64,000 nt of DNA from positions 51,770,001 through 51,834,000 of the forward strand of contig OX597822.1 of the NCBI GenBank assembly GCA_951406725.2, given 5' to 3'. Made by a program: the position numbers and the translations under genes. The stretch comes from Octopus vulgaris. Its lineage: Eukaryota. Of this stretch, positions 1 through 14,506 are shown piece by piece. Below the pieces are notes generated by a model, which was not told where the DNA came from, searched no databases, and saw only the letters and a program-made list of their open reading frames with translations. Each line of letters opens with the position of its first letter. Within the stretch, counting starts at the first letter, position 1.

Positions 1-905
1 GCCACATCTCCAGTTACACCGAGACGAATGGCTGCACATTGAACCTCCATGTATATATTTTTGTTAAACTTTGCTATGTGGTTCTTCACGGAGGTACTTA
101 TTATAGATGTATAATAATATGAATAGGTAAGTAAATATTTGACTGTATTCTAATGCGAAGAGAAAGATAACTGTATAAAATAGTTCATGCATTCTTTATA
201 ATTAATAAAAAGGAAATATAAATATGCTATGATTCTATCATATTAGTTGCACTTGTTTTAACCTATTCAAAATATTATTCGCACTCAAATCATGTATAAC
301 TCTACAATAACAAAGAGATTCACGAGATAAAATAGTGAGATATCACGTAATTGACTTACAAGCCCTGAAAAAATATCGTTGACATCAGGGACGTGCAACA
401 ACGTAATAAGAAAAAAAAAACAGATTTGTAACAAGATAAAACAAATACAAAAGCTAAAAAGAAAAAAACGACGTGACAATACATAATAGGTATTTTGCTT
501 ATCTTGAACTACGGTATTTTCTATTCTGTGATAACATTAACAACTTTTGTGGTTAAGCAAAAACGACTACTCAGTATTTTTTTTTTTTAGTTATTCTAAG
601 CTGACGCAAAATCATACTAAGATATAGAAAAAGTATTGGTATATGTTTTGTTCATCTTCATACATAATTTGGAAGTCTTGTTGAAAATGTTCTGCTGTAG
701 ATGTATGTCATATAATACTATCTAGTCTTCAATATCATTGACTCCTGTTCAGATCGTTCACCAATTATTCTGCGAGAAAATAATTAATATTCTGCGTTTG
801 AAGATCTACGTAGACCGTCTTTCACGTCATATTATAGCTACATTTACAAACTCTTTGCAATTATATTACTAAGCACTTGGTAAAAATATAATTCTAGCTT
901 GAATA

Positions 906-1310
906 TATCAGGTCATCACATAAGTTCTACCCGATTTTACCTTTTTTAAAATTGAATGAAATTTAATAGTATTTTAGAATGTCTAATGGAATTAAAAACT
1001 ATTTTTATGCATGTGTGTACATTTAAACTAATTAAATAATATTTTACAGAATAATAAAATTAAAATTTCTTTGATTAAAACCCTTTCTAACATGGGAGTA
1101 TCCAAAGAACATCTGAGGCACATAATGATATATAAGTACAAAAAAGGAAACTCTGCAGCCGAAGCGACTCGAAACATGCACTCAGTTTATGGGAAAGAAT
1201 GCTTGAATGTAAGAACTTGCAGAAGATGGTTTGCAAAATTCAGAAGTGGAGAGTTCAGCTTTGAAGATGAAGATCTAACAGGAAGTCCAGTTGAGTTTGA
1301 TGATGTGTAA
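906..1310 (+). mobile_element. mariner transposon 5' fragment (ITR plus N-terminal HTH of transposase)
   Basis: TA followed by ITR-like TCAGGTCATCACATAAGTTC at about 906-935. ORF 1071-1310 (KEHLRHIMIYKYKKGNSAAEATRNMHSVYGKECLNVRTCRRWFAKFRSGEFSFEDEDLTGSP) is a typical mariner HTH. Truncated at the RTE fragment. Confidence 0.9.
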
Positions 1311-1640
1311 AGGAGAAGGTTACAAGACTTGTACAAGGACCGTTGGACAAAAGAATAGGTGCTATGATAAGTAGGTGAAAGATAACATATCTTGAACATT
1401 ATGAAAATACAAAAACTTATGCATTATTGCCATATTGGAAGAAACAGAGGTCTGGAAAATATTATCATCGAAGTAAGACTAGAGGATACAATATCAAGAA
1501 ACGGGTAAAAAAGGCAATGTGTATGGACAATATCAGTAGCTGGTTGGACAAGAGTGATAAGGGGGCTTAACTCGCGCTTAATCAGGAAAACTTTCCTTGT
1601 AGGGTGATCAAGGCGCAAGACTCATGACGATGACATCATT
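1311..1640 (+). mobile_element. RTE-clade LINE 3' end relic
   Basis: Translates LNIMKIQKLMHYCHIGRNRGLENIIIEVRLED, resembling the RTE C-terminal KRKLxYFGHIxR..LEK.I.EGKIEG motif. A degenerate (ATG)n-like tail lies at about 1625. Confidence 0.6.
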
Positions 1641-2049
1641 ATCGATCACTTGATTTTCTCTTATTTACGCTATCATCTTTACACATAACGATACACTCAC
1701 ACACGCATATATGTATGTGTGCGTATGTATAAATACGTGCATGTATATTGGATTGTTGCATGGTTTAGGATGTTAGGCGCATGATTATAATGCCATAGAA
1801 CATGGGTATGAATCCTGGTCCTACAACCGAACAAGGAATTCCTCCTCGTTTTGCCCTGTTCAAATGTGTACCAGGGTAGTTCTCGCGCAGTCTCTTCTGC
1901 TTCCAGCTGTCACACCATAGATGTTCCGTTGGCTCGAGAGTAAAAGTGCCCAGAAGTGTCCGACCATCAATAGTTAAACACGTAATAAACAAGCATAGAC
2001 AAGGCAAGTGCTACAAAATCATCTCGCATCTCGCATTTACTAACTCAAT

Positions 2050-2299
2050 ACACATTGTCACTTCGACTGACCTAAGAATATAAACAGATTTCTTCTATAC
2101 AGCTGATGCGTTGGTGGCTGAAGGTAGTTCTATTCTGTAGAAGTGTCAGATTATTGGCCGCTAATCAGAATTGTCATCAAACCAGTCAATCTAGAGATTC
2201 TGCCTTTGTTTCCTGTACAGTAGTAGCATAGGTTTTATAGCTATGTCAAAATTACGATGCTATCACGCTAGGTGTTTCCATTATTTTGTCCAACCCCTG

Positions 2300-2301
<2 letters not shown>
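2050..2301 (-). mobile_element. Tc1-like transposon terminus
   Basis: Minus strand begins TA-CAGGGGTTGGACAAAATAATGGAAACACC, a Tc1-type ITR next to a (TA)n tract. The inner boundary is uncertain. Confidence 0.6.
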
Positions 2302-2359
<58 letters not shown>

Positions 2360-2360
<1 letters not shown>

Positions 2361-2506
2361 GACGGGATTCTTTCAGTTTCTGTCAACTAAATCCACTCCC
2401 AAGGCTTTGATCGGACCGAAGATATAGTAGAAAACAAAAGTGCCACGCAGTGAGACTGATTCTGGGACCATGTTGTTGAGAACCAACCTTCTTACCATAC
2501 AGCTAC
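2360..2506 (-). mobile_element. SINE family A (tRNA-derived, bipartite), head only
   Basis: Reverse complement matches the head of the full copy at 10724-10890. Confidence 0.8.
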
Positions 2507-2533
2507 ATATATACATACATATGTAATATGTAT

Positions 2534-2586
<53 letters not shown>

Positions 2587-2743
2587 CATTCATATATGTG
2601 CGTGTGTGTGTGTGTGTGTGGATAGATGGATGATGGATGGATGTACATTCTTACAATTGACACTCTTTGAAAATGACCGTGGACTGCATATATGACTGCA
2701 TATATGTACCCATTAATAACGATTTAATATGTCTTCGTTTAAG

Positions 2744-2778
<35 letters not shown>

Positions 2779-3469
2779 TATTTCAAATTATATATTTCTG
2801 GAAAATACATACATGCTATATATATATAAATGTTTTCATGCACATTAAATGACATAAGCATTTGAATGTGTTACATTTTAAAGAAAGTATTTTGAAATGT
2901 TAACAGGTACACTGTCACTTTTTTCAGAAAGTATTTAAATTACCAACACGCGCTTTTGATGACTAATGTGTGATGATTATTACATTATGGGGTGATTATC
3001 GTCGTGAATTTGAATTGGGAAATTTGTCGCTTGTAAATATGTTAAACACATCAGTCGTTTTAAAACTATTCATCATGTTAATTTAGTTTAATCAATATAT
3101 CGTCTTTGTCTGCCTCGCAGATTGTACTTTCACTTCCCTTGGTTTCCAAATGAGGACCAAAACCATTTTAGTCAGTAATCAGTACTGCGATGGGAATTAC
3201 TGTAACTTGTCAATGACTTTTCAATTTTCATTGTGTCAAAATCAAATTACTTTTGTATGGAAATAAGGTAGATAACAGAAAGGAAATAAAATAAACATAC
3301 AAAAATAACTTACACTCTTATATAAATGCGGAAAGAAGAAAATTATTGTATTGATGTACGTTTAACATATGTTTTAAATCAGTGGGAGAAAATAATTCGT
3401 TTTTCCTTTGTTAAAGAATTGATTAGTTGCTTCTGAACGAAAACACATTAACTATATACTACCACAGCT

Positions 3470-4130
3470 GCTCACAGTGTCGGCAATGTACCTCGTTAAG
3501 TGCCGTTTACAAGTGTACAGACTGATTTTGAATAGTGTGTGTTCCTGTTTCCACTGTGTAAGGTTCCGACTGCCTTGATTTCTGAGATGTGTCACTACCG
3601 GACAGCGTCACTGTTGGCATGTGATCACATGAAAAGATCGTCCCACTTCGAACCGTATGTCACTCAATCCATATAACTTCAGTAACATTGACTCAACACT
3701 CAGTACATACATCAGAGATGAGTGTGGGCACCTGTGAAGAATTAAGTTTGCCGTGGAAACGAAGCACATCGGTGACTTGTTAGCCTTACCTCTAAACCTA
3801 TTCTGCAGAACTTGAAAGCAATGTAACACATGAACACATGAACTGAGTGAGACAAAATACCCTGCTCGTAACCTCGTACCAGTTCCCCCTCCACCTAGGT
3901 GTCGGGACAAACCATATCCCAAGCAATATAACATACCTGTCTGCCTGGCGACTAATAACGTTATCCCACTGTATAGATATGCCTACCCCTGTGTGGAACT
4001 GCAAGTCAAGCGAATTATCCCTAAAAGGAGTACCGGTCGCCTTGTGTTCCATGTCATCTTCATATGCAGACACGTTGTTCTTGTGATCTTCGAATGGAAT
4101 GCCTTTCAACATCCCCACTTTGCATAGCAT
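3470..4130 (-). mobile_element. Tx1/L1-clade LINE reverse-transcriptase relic
   Basis: ORF 3798-4130 contains VSAYEDDM (degenerate YADD) and LLGIWFVP...NWYEVTSRV, motifs of Tx1-like RTs. Frameshifted downstream. Confidence 0.65.
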
Positions 4131-4575
4131 GGATCAAAATAGTACATAAGGATGGAATGAAATAGGAAGACCTAGTCATTCACAAATGAAGAGAAAAAAC
4201 CCAATTGCCGGTCATTTACTCTAACTAGCGGAGACATACGCTGTATACTGAAAGCGTCCAGCTTCTGAAAATGGGCTAAAATCCTGAAAATGGACACAAA
4301 ACCTGAAAATGGAGCCAAAAATTGCTACACTAGACTAGGCTCTCGTTACCATTTCAGTGAAGTATAACATCTATAAAACATCTAACAACCAGAAATGTAG
4401 ACTCCATGGAAAGTGTAGAAAATGTAAGCCACATTGTAAGTGGATATGAGAGCCTTGCACAAAAAGAATACAAAAGCGCCGTCACGATAAAGTGTGTGTG
4501 TATCTTCATTGACTATTATGCCGTAAATACCAACATGAAGTAACAGAGAACTAGTTTGAGCATGTGCCAAGTTAA

Positions 4576-5042
4576 GTTATGCAGGAGGGTGGAAAAGTAA
4601 CGATACACTGGGACTATGATTTTCAGACTGTCCGTGTAATCGAACACCGTCGGCCGGATATTGTCATATTGAATAAGGGAGACAAATACTGTCAGATCAT
4701 TGATTGAGCCATACTAAATGCCATGAACCTTGTGAGTAAAGAGGTTGAAAAAAACACCAACACTCCGAACTGAAAGTAGAAATGGCAAGAATGTATGAAA
4801 TGCGAGAGGGTAATGTAAAATTGATACCAGTGATGATCGGAGCATTGGGATCAATCCCATTGAAACTTCAAGACTTCTTTAGGCAACTGGAAATGCAATG
4901 TAAGATAGATGTCTTGCACAAATCAGACTTATTGGGCACAGCGCACATGTTACGGAAAGTATTATCTGTCTGAAGTCCTTGTTATGACTTGGCAGATGAC
5001 TAAGGTCTCCGGGACATTTTTATCTACATTGTGTTACAAAGG
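4576..5042 (+). mobile_element. R4/Dong-clade non-LTR retrotransposon 3' end (restriction-like endonuclease plus 3' UTR)
   Basis: Reads VTIHWDYDFQTVRVIEHRRPDIVILNKGDKYCQIID*, then after a frameshift ELKVEMARMYE...IPVMIGALGSIP...LLGTAHMLRKVLSV* (stop 4973). RPD/ID RLE motif, short UTR, abuts (TAA)n. Confidence 0.88.
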
Positions 5043-5061
5043 AATAATAATAATAATAATG

Positions 5062-5137
<76 letters not shown>

Positions 5138-5161
5138 TAATAATAATAATAATAATAATAA

Positions 5162-5192
<31 letters not shown>

Positions 5193-5322
5193 AAGAAGAA
5201 GAAGAAGAAGAAGAAGAAGAAGAAGAAGAAGAAGAAGAAGAAGAAGAAGAAGAAGAAGAAGAAGAAGAAGAAGAAGAAGAAGAAGAAGAAGAAGAAGAAG
5301 AAGAATGATAGCAATAATAATA
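5043..5322. repeat. compound trinucleotide microsatellite (AAT)n-(AAG)n-(AAT)n
   Basis: Directly visible: about 40 AAT units, about 47 pure AAG units, then a few AAT. Confidence 0.98.
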
Positions 5323-5644
5323 AATTCAAAACATTAATCAGCTCTTGGCTATCCTGCAGGTATCGATTATAACATTTGAAAGTATGGTAATGTCATCAAT
5401 GTTTCTGCTTTCAAAAGGACTGTGAGGATCATGGATGTATTCTATTTCGCTAGTTCTAAAGAATGGAAAGAAAATCGAAGAGATCAGGAAGAAAAATAAG
5501 TAATAACTTGGATTTGTGTATAAAAAGTATTTTATAAAACACGTCGTTTCTAAAATTCTTCAGATATTCCATTTGAAAATGGTCCTGTTAAGCCATGCCA
5601 AAATGGAAAACAACCATTTCACTGTAGGAAAATGGAAGACAATT

Positions 5645-6100
5645 AAGTCCGTTTATAACAGGGATAGTACTTATCACTTTTAATGATCTACATCTTTCTG
5701 TCTCCATTAACAAATCAGTTTAACGAAGACACCAATGGCTGTGAATAATAGATAAATTACATTCTTTCCACGGATGACATCAAACTATTTACAGCGGACG
5801 ACACCCAGCTGGAGAATCTACTAAAAGTAGTTTATGAATTCAACCAGCACAATAAAATTGAGCAACGAATTAGATAAATGAACCAAAGCTATTATAAATA
5901 CTTTCAAATTAATTTACATTGAGAAAATTGATTTAGAAACCAGACGTTGAAAATAGCGAATAAGAACAGAATGAAGACAACACGAGAGAGTGGAGAAAAT
6001 TAGAAAACAATACTCCCGAAGAATCACACTGCTATAAAAGCTAAGATCAACGTTAGACATAAACACACAAACCACTCCGGTTATTAGCTATAGCTTCAAA
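5645..6100 (+). mobile_element. old R4/Dong-like RT relic
   Basis: Degenerate QG.SLSLL.....LSPL..Q.N and INYILSTDDIKLFTADDTQLENLLKVVYEF, resembling HLLYMDDLKLY...LE.LL..V..F of R4-clade RTs. Confidence 0.55.
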
Positions 6101-6199
6101 ATAACAAATTTAAAGCTAAATGAATTAAAGAGGCCTGACACAAAACCTAGAAGACGTGCAGAAACATATAAAAACCACCATCCTGACCTGAATAAACAA

Positions 6200-6202
<3 letters not shown>

Positions 6203-6252
<50 letters not shown>

Positions 6253-6379
6253 TCAAAATGAGAATAGGACTAGTTATAAACAACGGAGTACTACTACGAA
6301 ATATTGAGAACATAACATTTCTTAGAATCAATGAAACGGAAACTCATTCGTAGAAGAAAACATGAAAAAAAAAATATGG

Positions 6380-6413
<34 letters not shown>

Positions 6414-6690
6414 CTCTCTCTCTTTCTCTTCTCTTTCTCTCTCCCTCTCTCTCTTCCTCTCTCTTCTCTCTCCCTCACTTTCTATCTTTCTTTCTCTATT
6501 TCTCTCTTTCTATATATATATGTGTGTATGTGTGTGCGTGTGTATGTATGCAACTATGTATGTATATATGCATGTATGTATGTATGTATGTATGTATGTA
6601 TGTATGTATGTATGTATGGATGGATGGATGGAGGGATGGATGGATGGATGAATGGATGGATGGATGGGTGGAGGGATGGATGCTTGCATG
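6203..6690. repeat. microsatellite cluster (TG)n, (CT)n, (TATG)n, (TGGA)n
   Basis: Directly visible. Confidence 0.95.
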
Positions 6691-7429
6691 CATATATTAG
6701 GAAGGAACAAATAACAAATAGGAAACTACGATTAATAAAACGACTTCGATGGGATCAAAGCAAAAGGAAGTGTTAACAAAACATCGAATCAAGATTGATT
6801 TCCAAAGAATATGTATTAGTTGCGGGAAAACCGACTGGAGTAATCGGGAAACATGGCTGAGATCATTGTAAAAACCAAACTTACTCCAAAAATACATGGT
6901 TTAAGTACGAAATAGACGCTTCTCTACGAGATTAACGCTTATCTACGAAGAAATGAGGAAAAAACTAAATGAGGAGAGAGCTTTAATATCAATTGTACAC
7001 CATACAACCATTGTGATGCACCAGTTATGTCCACTGCGTCTTGGAAAATTATAATATATGCAACAAAATCATATGATAACGCTGAAGTCACAAGTACCTA
7101 TGATATCCCTCTCAAGTCTTACATGCAGATAAGTAATCTTGCAGATAGGCTTGTCAAGAACGTGAGTGAGAATCTATGTAGCCTGACAGTTATATGGTTA
7201 TTTGTGACCATAATTTCGTTCGGAGAAATGTCGAGAAACGATTAAGATTGTAAGATGTGTACATTGAATAAAGTAGGATGTGGAACGTGAACTAACACCA
7301 ACAGCAAATACGAACAAACAAATACATAAATAAGTTATCAGAGGTTATAATTCTACAAACAATACGAATTATAGACTCTGCTGGCCTCAGCTTACACACT
7401 ACGCAAAATACCTTAAATATCAAATAGAT

Positions 7430-7990
7430 TGGCTTATGGTAGAAGACGTCCACGTCGACGGAAGGTTTGCTGGTTGTTCCCTGGTTCAATATGGGAGAGA
7501 CAGACTTGGCCACAAGCTGCAAGAAAAATTCGATTCAGGGCTCACTGATGTTATGGCACAGTTTTTTCATTCATCTTCTTTTCTCAAAGGTAGCCTTGTG
7601 ATAAGACAGACTTGTGTTTCGTATGTCAACAAACCACATGATAATAATAAACCATTGTCGATGGTCAATGTGACAGGTACTAAAAACATATCTAAAGATG
7701 CCTTTGTGTTATTTTCTTTCGTGCCCTCTGTTATAGAGCCATGCGGAGTGCCTGTCATGTAGTATTTCATGGGCAGGTATGGATGCCCCCGTCCTGGAAA
7801 TGTAACTCATACAGCATCACATCGCTGATAACGACGTCTACATTCCCTTTCCGAAGATTTCAGTGTTACTAAGTAGATGTTGAGGATAGCGCGGTGAGAA
7901 CCACTCAATAAGCTGTAGGTGGCGATTGTAGGTAACTATAACTTGGAACCATACAGAAAGTGACCAACGCAATGATTCTGTATGCGCTGA
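7430..7990 (-). mobile_element. RTE-clade LINE 3' relic
   Basis: Minus-strand frames give TNVSAYRIIALVTF (TKISVYRAIVLSTLLYG-like), EILHDRHSAWLYNRGHERK, CHIDHRQW and AACGQVCLSHIE (terminal CG..C.S.IG motif). Confidence 0.65.
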
Positions 7991-8479
7991 CATTTGTATC
8001 GTTTCTCAACTATTGCTCTCACAAATTATTTTGCATAGCCTGCCAAATTAACTTTTGTCTTGCCAGTCAGCTCTCTATCTCTATCGATTGTAACATACAG
8101 TTAGAAGTATGCACCATGTATATCTCTCGAGTTGCTAATAAAAGGCATGCTCTGCAATCTCATTAGCCTATATGAGACGATTTATATCGGCGCAGACAGC
8201 AGCAAACACTACAACACAACTCACACAACGTATATCAAATATAATCACTCCCGTGAAAAAGTCACATATCCCATATAGTACATATTTCTGTATACAAATA
8301 AGACGTAACACCGAAAATAATTTTGAGAAACAACAAGGCAATTTCACAACGAAATAAGTCAGTCCTGTCATGTATTTATAGTTATAGACGTTTAAAAAGT
8401 CCGTACACCCTTTCAAGTGTACGAGCCTAGGTAGACCGCATCTGCAATTGAAATTTCCAGTTTTATGTCAAGCTAATAC

Positions 8480-8600
8480 TAACAGAGAACTTTGTTAAGG
8501 ACACACATGTCTGCGGAATACTCTGTCACACGGTTATTCAATGAGCAGCAAGGTCAGTTGATCGGATAACTGAATACTTCTACTTGAAACCGGTAGAAAA
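8480..8600 (+). mobile_element. degenerate SINE 3' part related to 32710-32960
   Basis: GAGAACTTTGTTAAGGACACACATGTCTGCGGAATACTC...GTTGATCGGATAACTG aligns by eye to the 32835-32930 segment. Confidence 0.55.
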
Positions 8601-8916
8601 CAGTTTAGTTCTGTTTAAGACAGAAACAATTCATTAGAGTTGTGTTCTAAACTATATCATAGTAATTAGAAAATTCAACTCTTTCATCATCTAATTACTA
8701 GTTTGGTATTCTACATGAATTTCCAGACAGGAGAATGGGAATAAATGAAAGAAGTAGTAATAGAATTGTGAATAGTCGCGGAGGGACTTCATATACAAGG
8801 CCGTAAAACAAAATTGAGTGAATGTAAAAAAATAACGGATAAGTTAGATTGTAGGCAGTTATACAAGGTCTTACACGCATACACAGACACACAAACGCAC
8901 ACAAACATATGTACAT

Positions 8917-8970
<54 letters not shown>

Positions 8971-8996
8971 TATATATATAAATATATACATATATC

Positions 8997-9051
<55 letters not shown>

Positions 9052-10723
9052 ATATGTATATATGAATATGTGTATACATATATAAATATATGTGTATGCA
9101 AGTGTGTGTGTCAGTGTGTCTGTGTGTATGCATTTGATCACAAGTTTCTACATGCAGATATATATATATATATATATCTGTATGCGTGTGTGTGTGTGTG
9201 TGTATGTGCGTGTGTGTGCGTGTGTATATATATAGATGCATATATACAGGCATGTATGCATATACATGTTAAATAATCAATACGTTTGTAAACAGATTCA
9301 TAGTTGCTGTGTAAGAATGACAGCATTAATGTAAGTTATGCTATCAGGAATTACATGTTCCTGAACAAGACTATATATTACTATTATCCTGGGAATTAAT
9401 ATATCTTTGTCACTTCAATGTTACATATTTCTTTTCCAACAGTTGAAAGTTTTATTATTCAATCGATACAAAGACATCAAAGCAATTTACCAAGTTTCCT
9501 GACAAAACGCATATCGCAGTAACATAAGAGCGTTTTCCTTAGTGTACCACTAGCTACGAATAACACCGGAAACCACCTTGCCCATACTCTCCCGTCTTAT
9601 ATAAATTCACACATTAGATAATAGAAAACAGTTTGCAATATTCGTGAAGTGAAAATGTCAGTATCGTAATGGCTTGACTTTCTATGTTCGAAGATCTTCT
9701 CTATGTAGACCTACTTGGGCTTAAAATATAACAGCTGCATCGCCAACGATTGTAAATGTTGTCATAACATATATTCAGAAAGGAAAAAAAATTAACTTTG
9801 CTTCTTTGTGAATGTTCGATTCACACGGGGCTGTAGGCGACCAATGCAGTAATGGCGATTAATGTTGGCCATTAAATTTTGGCTGCATTTGTATATATGT
9901 ATGAAAGAGAAAAAGATGCTTTGTGTGTGACTTTAAACGCGGTCATGCGTGCATCTTTCATGATAATTTTCTAATTTTATTCCTTTCTCTGTATCACTGC
10001 AATATTTTAAATAACAGTCAAGTGACGAAAATTGAAAAGTAAAACAGAAAAAATCTAAGAGAATAATTACTATAGCAATAACCACTATTAAACTCGTGTC
10101 TTCGGAATGAATCTAAACTGCATCCGGTAGCGGACCACTAGCTCGGGAATTCCAGGGTTTATGCGGATTGGAGACCTACTTGTAAACCACCACTGTTCCC
10201 AGGTCTACACTGAGCCGGAGTATTAGCACCTGTAATGATCCCTGCCATGTATTAAATAGCATGAACTACTAAAGCTAAGTTACGATGAAATCATGGATTG
10301 CAGCATGATGAATATGAACTATTCTGGCAAATTAGATTACTGAATTATTGGCAAATAATCAATAGATGCTGGGTGGATGGAAAGGCAACAAACTGTCAGC
10401 GGCCAAGCTCAATCAGTTCAGAGAGCATGCCGTTGCTATCATTTGTAAACGTGGCGTGCGCAGATGGGGAATTTTAGCTTGGGAAAAAAGCACTGCAATT
10501 AAATCCAAAGCAAAGACGTTCATCTGTGGTGGAAGGGACACATTCGTCTGGACAAATCCCCCTGTCGAATGCAGGATGCCGAAATATAGCAAAGCTGATC
10601 ATTATAACTGTATACGGATGAACTTGCATTCGTCGAGAGCCCCCAAAAATAAGAATATGCCATAGAACTTCTGAATTTGTTTAACTTCAAATCAATATTA
10701 AACCATTAACACGCGCAGGTTGT

Positions 10724-11275
<552 letters not shown>

Positions 11276-11782
11276 TATTTAAATTACATAAATACTCATA
11301 AATTAATATTAAAAAGCTCTTTTCTTTTGTTGTTGCTATTACTAAACACTGGAAAGTTCCCAGAGAACTGACTCTCTACCTAGAAACATTCGTATCTTTG
11401 ACTACAATGCAGAATATGCTCATATTTTTAGACAATATTCACAAAAAATATTTCAATTCACATTGGTTTTCTTATGGCGCGTCGGCAAAGTTGTCAGTCT
11501 ATAGAAAACACAGTTAGTCACTATAGCACGTTCATGCGTAGGTGTAATTGGTATTCAGCTGGTGTTTCAGGTTATTTGGAGTCGCATATTGATTAAGTCG
11601 AATATATTTTAAAGCCATAACAACGTTGCTTATTTATTTATTACTTTTAAATTTCCGAACTGGGAGTGTCCTGACAGTTAACTGGATACAGACATAGAGA
11701 TATTAAATCAAGTTAATCTGGAGAGCCGGAGAAATACAATTATAACTAAATTCGTAGTTCAGTTTACGCCTGAGTCTCTTTC

Positions 11783-11859
<77 letters not shown>

Positions 11860-11879
11860 GCATACGTTTATATATATAT

Positions 11880-11910
<31 letters not shown>

Positions 11911-11911
11911 C

Positions 11912-11958
<47 letters not shown>

Positions 11959-11960
11959 CG

Positions 11961-11997
<37 letters not shown>

Positions 11998-12604
11998 GTG
12001 CATATATATATATGTATATACATAAGTGTGTATATATATTTATACGTATATATGCATATATATATATGTGTGTGTGTGTGGTCTATGTGTCTGTCGGTAC
12101 GTCTGTATATGTATATATATATATATATATGTTTGTACATACACGCACATATACACATATGCACATATACTCATATACACACACATACGCATATATACAT
12201 ATACATACATAGATATGTATATATATATATATATATGTATAGAGATATACAAACATATATATACATGCATATATATTTATTCTTTCTCCGTTTCACTGTT
12301 TTATTCTGAAATAGTGTCTCACTAGTGTATCAGTGAAACGAACAAAATAATAACCCGTATTTTACGAGAACGCTATTGTTATGGCTTTCAAATATCTTCA
12401 AACGATACAATAATTCAGAATAACTTCAAACATGATTCAAACAAAATTTGCATCTTGTCAGATTCACTTGCAGTTACGTCAATATGTATATAGTCAGTTC
12501 AATACGTATATAGTCAGTTCAATTTCACAAATGTTAACAAGACAATGAGAATGGAGGCATATTTTCGTGGTACAACAGCCGCGCACCTATGCATCTACGT
12601 ATGG

Positions 12605-12830
12605 CCTGTCTATCGATGCTCAGAGCAATGTCATTTTTCCACGCCGGATGTCCCAATCTTCCAACCAATCATTATATCTTCGATAGTTACAAATTAATAG
12701 ATATATATATATATGATCCTGCAAATATCAGTATACCCATTTGTGGATTTCCAAAAGATATAGCTAGATATTTCATCTTTGTTTCTTCATATATAATATG
12801 GTCTTCTTTCTCTGATTATCGAGGACATGT
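12605..12830 (-). mobile_element. RTE-X-like LINE 3' relic
   Basis: Minus strand SSIIRERRP...RNKDEISSYIFWKSTNG resembles S.IIRERRLRFAGHC.R...E..S.LLLW.P.HG. Confidence 0.5.
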
Positions 12831-14189
12831 CTGGAAGTCTTCCTTACAGTTACTAGTCTTTAAGATGTTGCTACCAAGAAAGGTTGGAAAATGCACGAAG
12901 CATTCTCGGGTATGTACGGTCAAGATTTTCTTCTAGTTTACTCTCGACGCTGAAGAGTCACAGAAGAGTACAGATTGAACGACTGCCTAATGAAACAAAT
13001 GAGGGAGCGGATTCAAAATTTGGCGTCTGTCTCAAAGCCTTTTAGTGGAAGAGCCGGTTTGCTCCTTTATGATTTACCAATAAAACAATAGTGAGAAAGG
13101 GACGATTGCTGCAATAACTCATTGGAGCCTAATGAATGCATATAATTTTATTTGAATAATTTCCCTTCCATCATATGTTTCAACAGGAAGCGTTTAATTA
13201 ATTTTGTTTCCGTACGGTAAATCAAATTTCTCTATTTATCTGATCCACTGTAGATTTTTGAAAACGGCTTCCTGAGGCTGGAAATTTTTTTTAAAATAAT
13301 ACAAGTTGAGTTTTTAATACTCTATATTATAATGACATTAGAAAGTAAAATCCAATAAATTTAATCCATATTATACGTTTAAATGTCCCTAAAGGATACG
13401 CCAATATACCTGGAGATTAAGGAATTCAGGCGGTTAACTTCCTCCGTACTCCTGCGAATAAAGTCCCACAAAATGTATAGAAATGGACATTCTTCAGTAA
13501 AAGAATTATTTTCACACAATCTAAAAAAGTTCAGAAATTTCCTTCAGTCGTAGATTATAAAACAACAAGCGAAGAATTAATGCAGATATTGGTATCACAT
13601 TTATTCTCCAGTTGCAGCTGTTTCAACATAAGGCTAACAAATGGTTTAACAAGCTGAAAAACACGAATATTGGCAATGATGTAACATTTATTATACAGTG
13701 TAATATAACATTATATAACATTGATTATATGACGTAAGACCCTTACTCATTTCATCATAAACTTGATCTATATATAAATAATGAATTCACCTATAAATAG
13801 ATAAATGAAATTTGGTGGGAGGCATCTATGCTTGTAAAGGAAGGAAGAGTTTCCGTTGGAAGAGAAAATAAAATGAAGATGATGGTTGTGGTGTATCATT
13901 TGACAAGATCAATTTAGAAGTTAGATTCTTTAATTAGTCAAACAGAGGAAGTAAAAGATTGTTGCGACTGCAAATCATAGTACAGACCATGAATATTTAA
14001 CTGGCTGGGATACGCATGTCTTTAATTGTTTCAAAGTAAGTCTTAAATATCAGAGGCAGAAGGAAGTAGTATGGCCGGAAAAGAAAAGGAAAAGATAGAA
14101 AAAGAGATAGACACGAGATTGAGAAAAGGATAAACTGAAATAGCAAACAATCTATGTGGTCTCAAATGTCAATATACTTAAAAGTTTGA

Positions 14190-14450
14190 GAGAATAGTAT
14201 AAAGGAGGAGCGACGCAGATCAAAGCAAAAGTGAGATTAGAGTTAAACGTACGTGAAACCAAAGCGCTCGTTATCAGTTCCATAGAGCTTAATAACACGA
14301 AAGGGCAGCAATTGCTAAACATCTGTCCCCCATCAAAATTGATAAGCGTAAAAATGGTGTTTAGATTATCTGAAATGGTCAAAAGCACATTAGGAATATA
14401 TCGTCTTCTCCGCGAAGTAACTTCAAAATTTCGCTTAAATCCGTACACTT
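14190..14450 (+). mobile_element. RTE-like RT relic
   Basis: AKVRLELNVRETKALVISS resembles AKVGLxLNVxKTKxM of LINE RT domain 6. Confidence 0.4.
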
Positions 14451-14506
14451 AGTTAATTTCGTTAAAAATTTCTAATTTATTTCTGCAACGGTTTTGTTGT
14501 TTTTTA

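Noticed and set aside
3121-3268. Possible host exon (acceptor TCGCAG, 48 open codons, AAG/GTAGAT donor)
   Set aside because: No recognisable protein similarity, a stop just before the donor, and no partner exons. RNA-seq would be needed.
5540-5570. Hammerhead-like CTGAAGA...GAAACGACGTG on the minus strand
   Set aside because: There is no stem II, the triplet is GUG (violating NUH), and stem I is poor.
7567-7800. Cadherin-like DGG.P motif on the minus strand
   Set aside because: The surrounding frames fit an RTE LINE 3' end, and no other cadherin motifs are present.
8569-8600. Hammerhead-like CTGAATA...GAAACCGGTA
   Set aside because: Stems I and II do not pair, and it lies in a decayed SINE tail, so it is probably chance.
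10366-10665. 99-aa non-repetitive ORF
   Set aside because: Only a faint resemblance to a LINE endonuclease (HAVAII); not enough to call.
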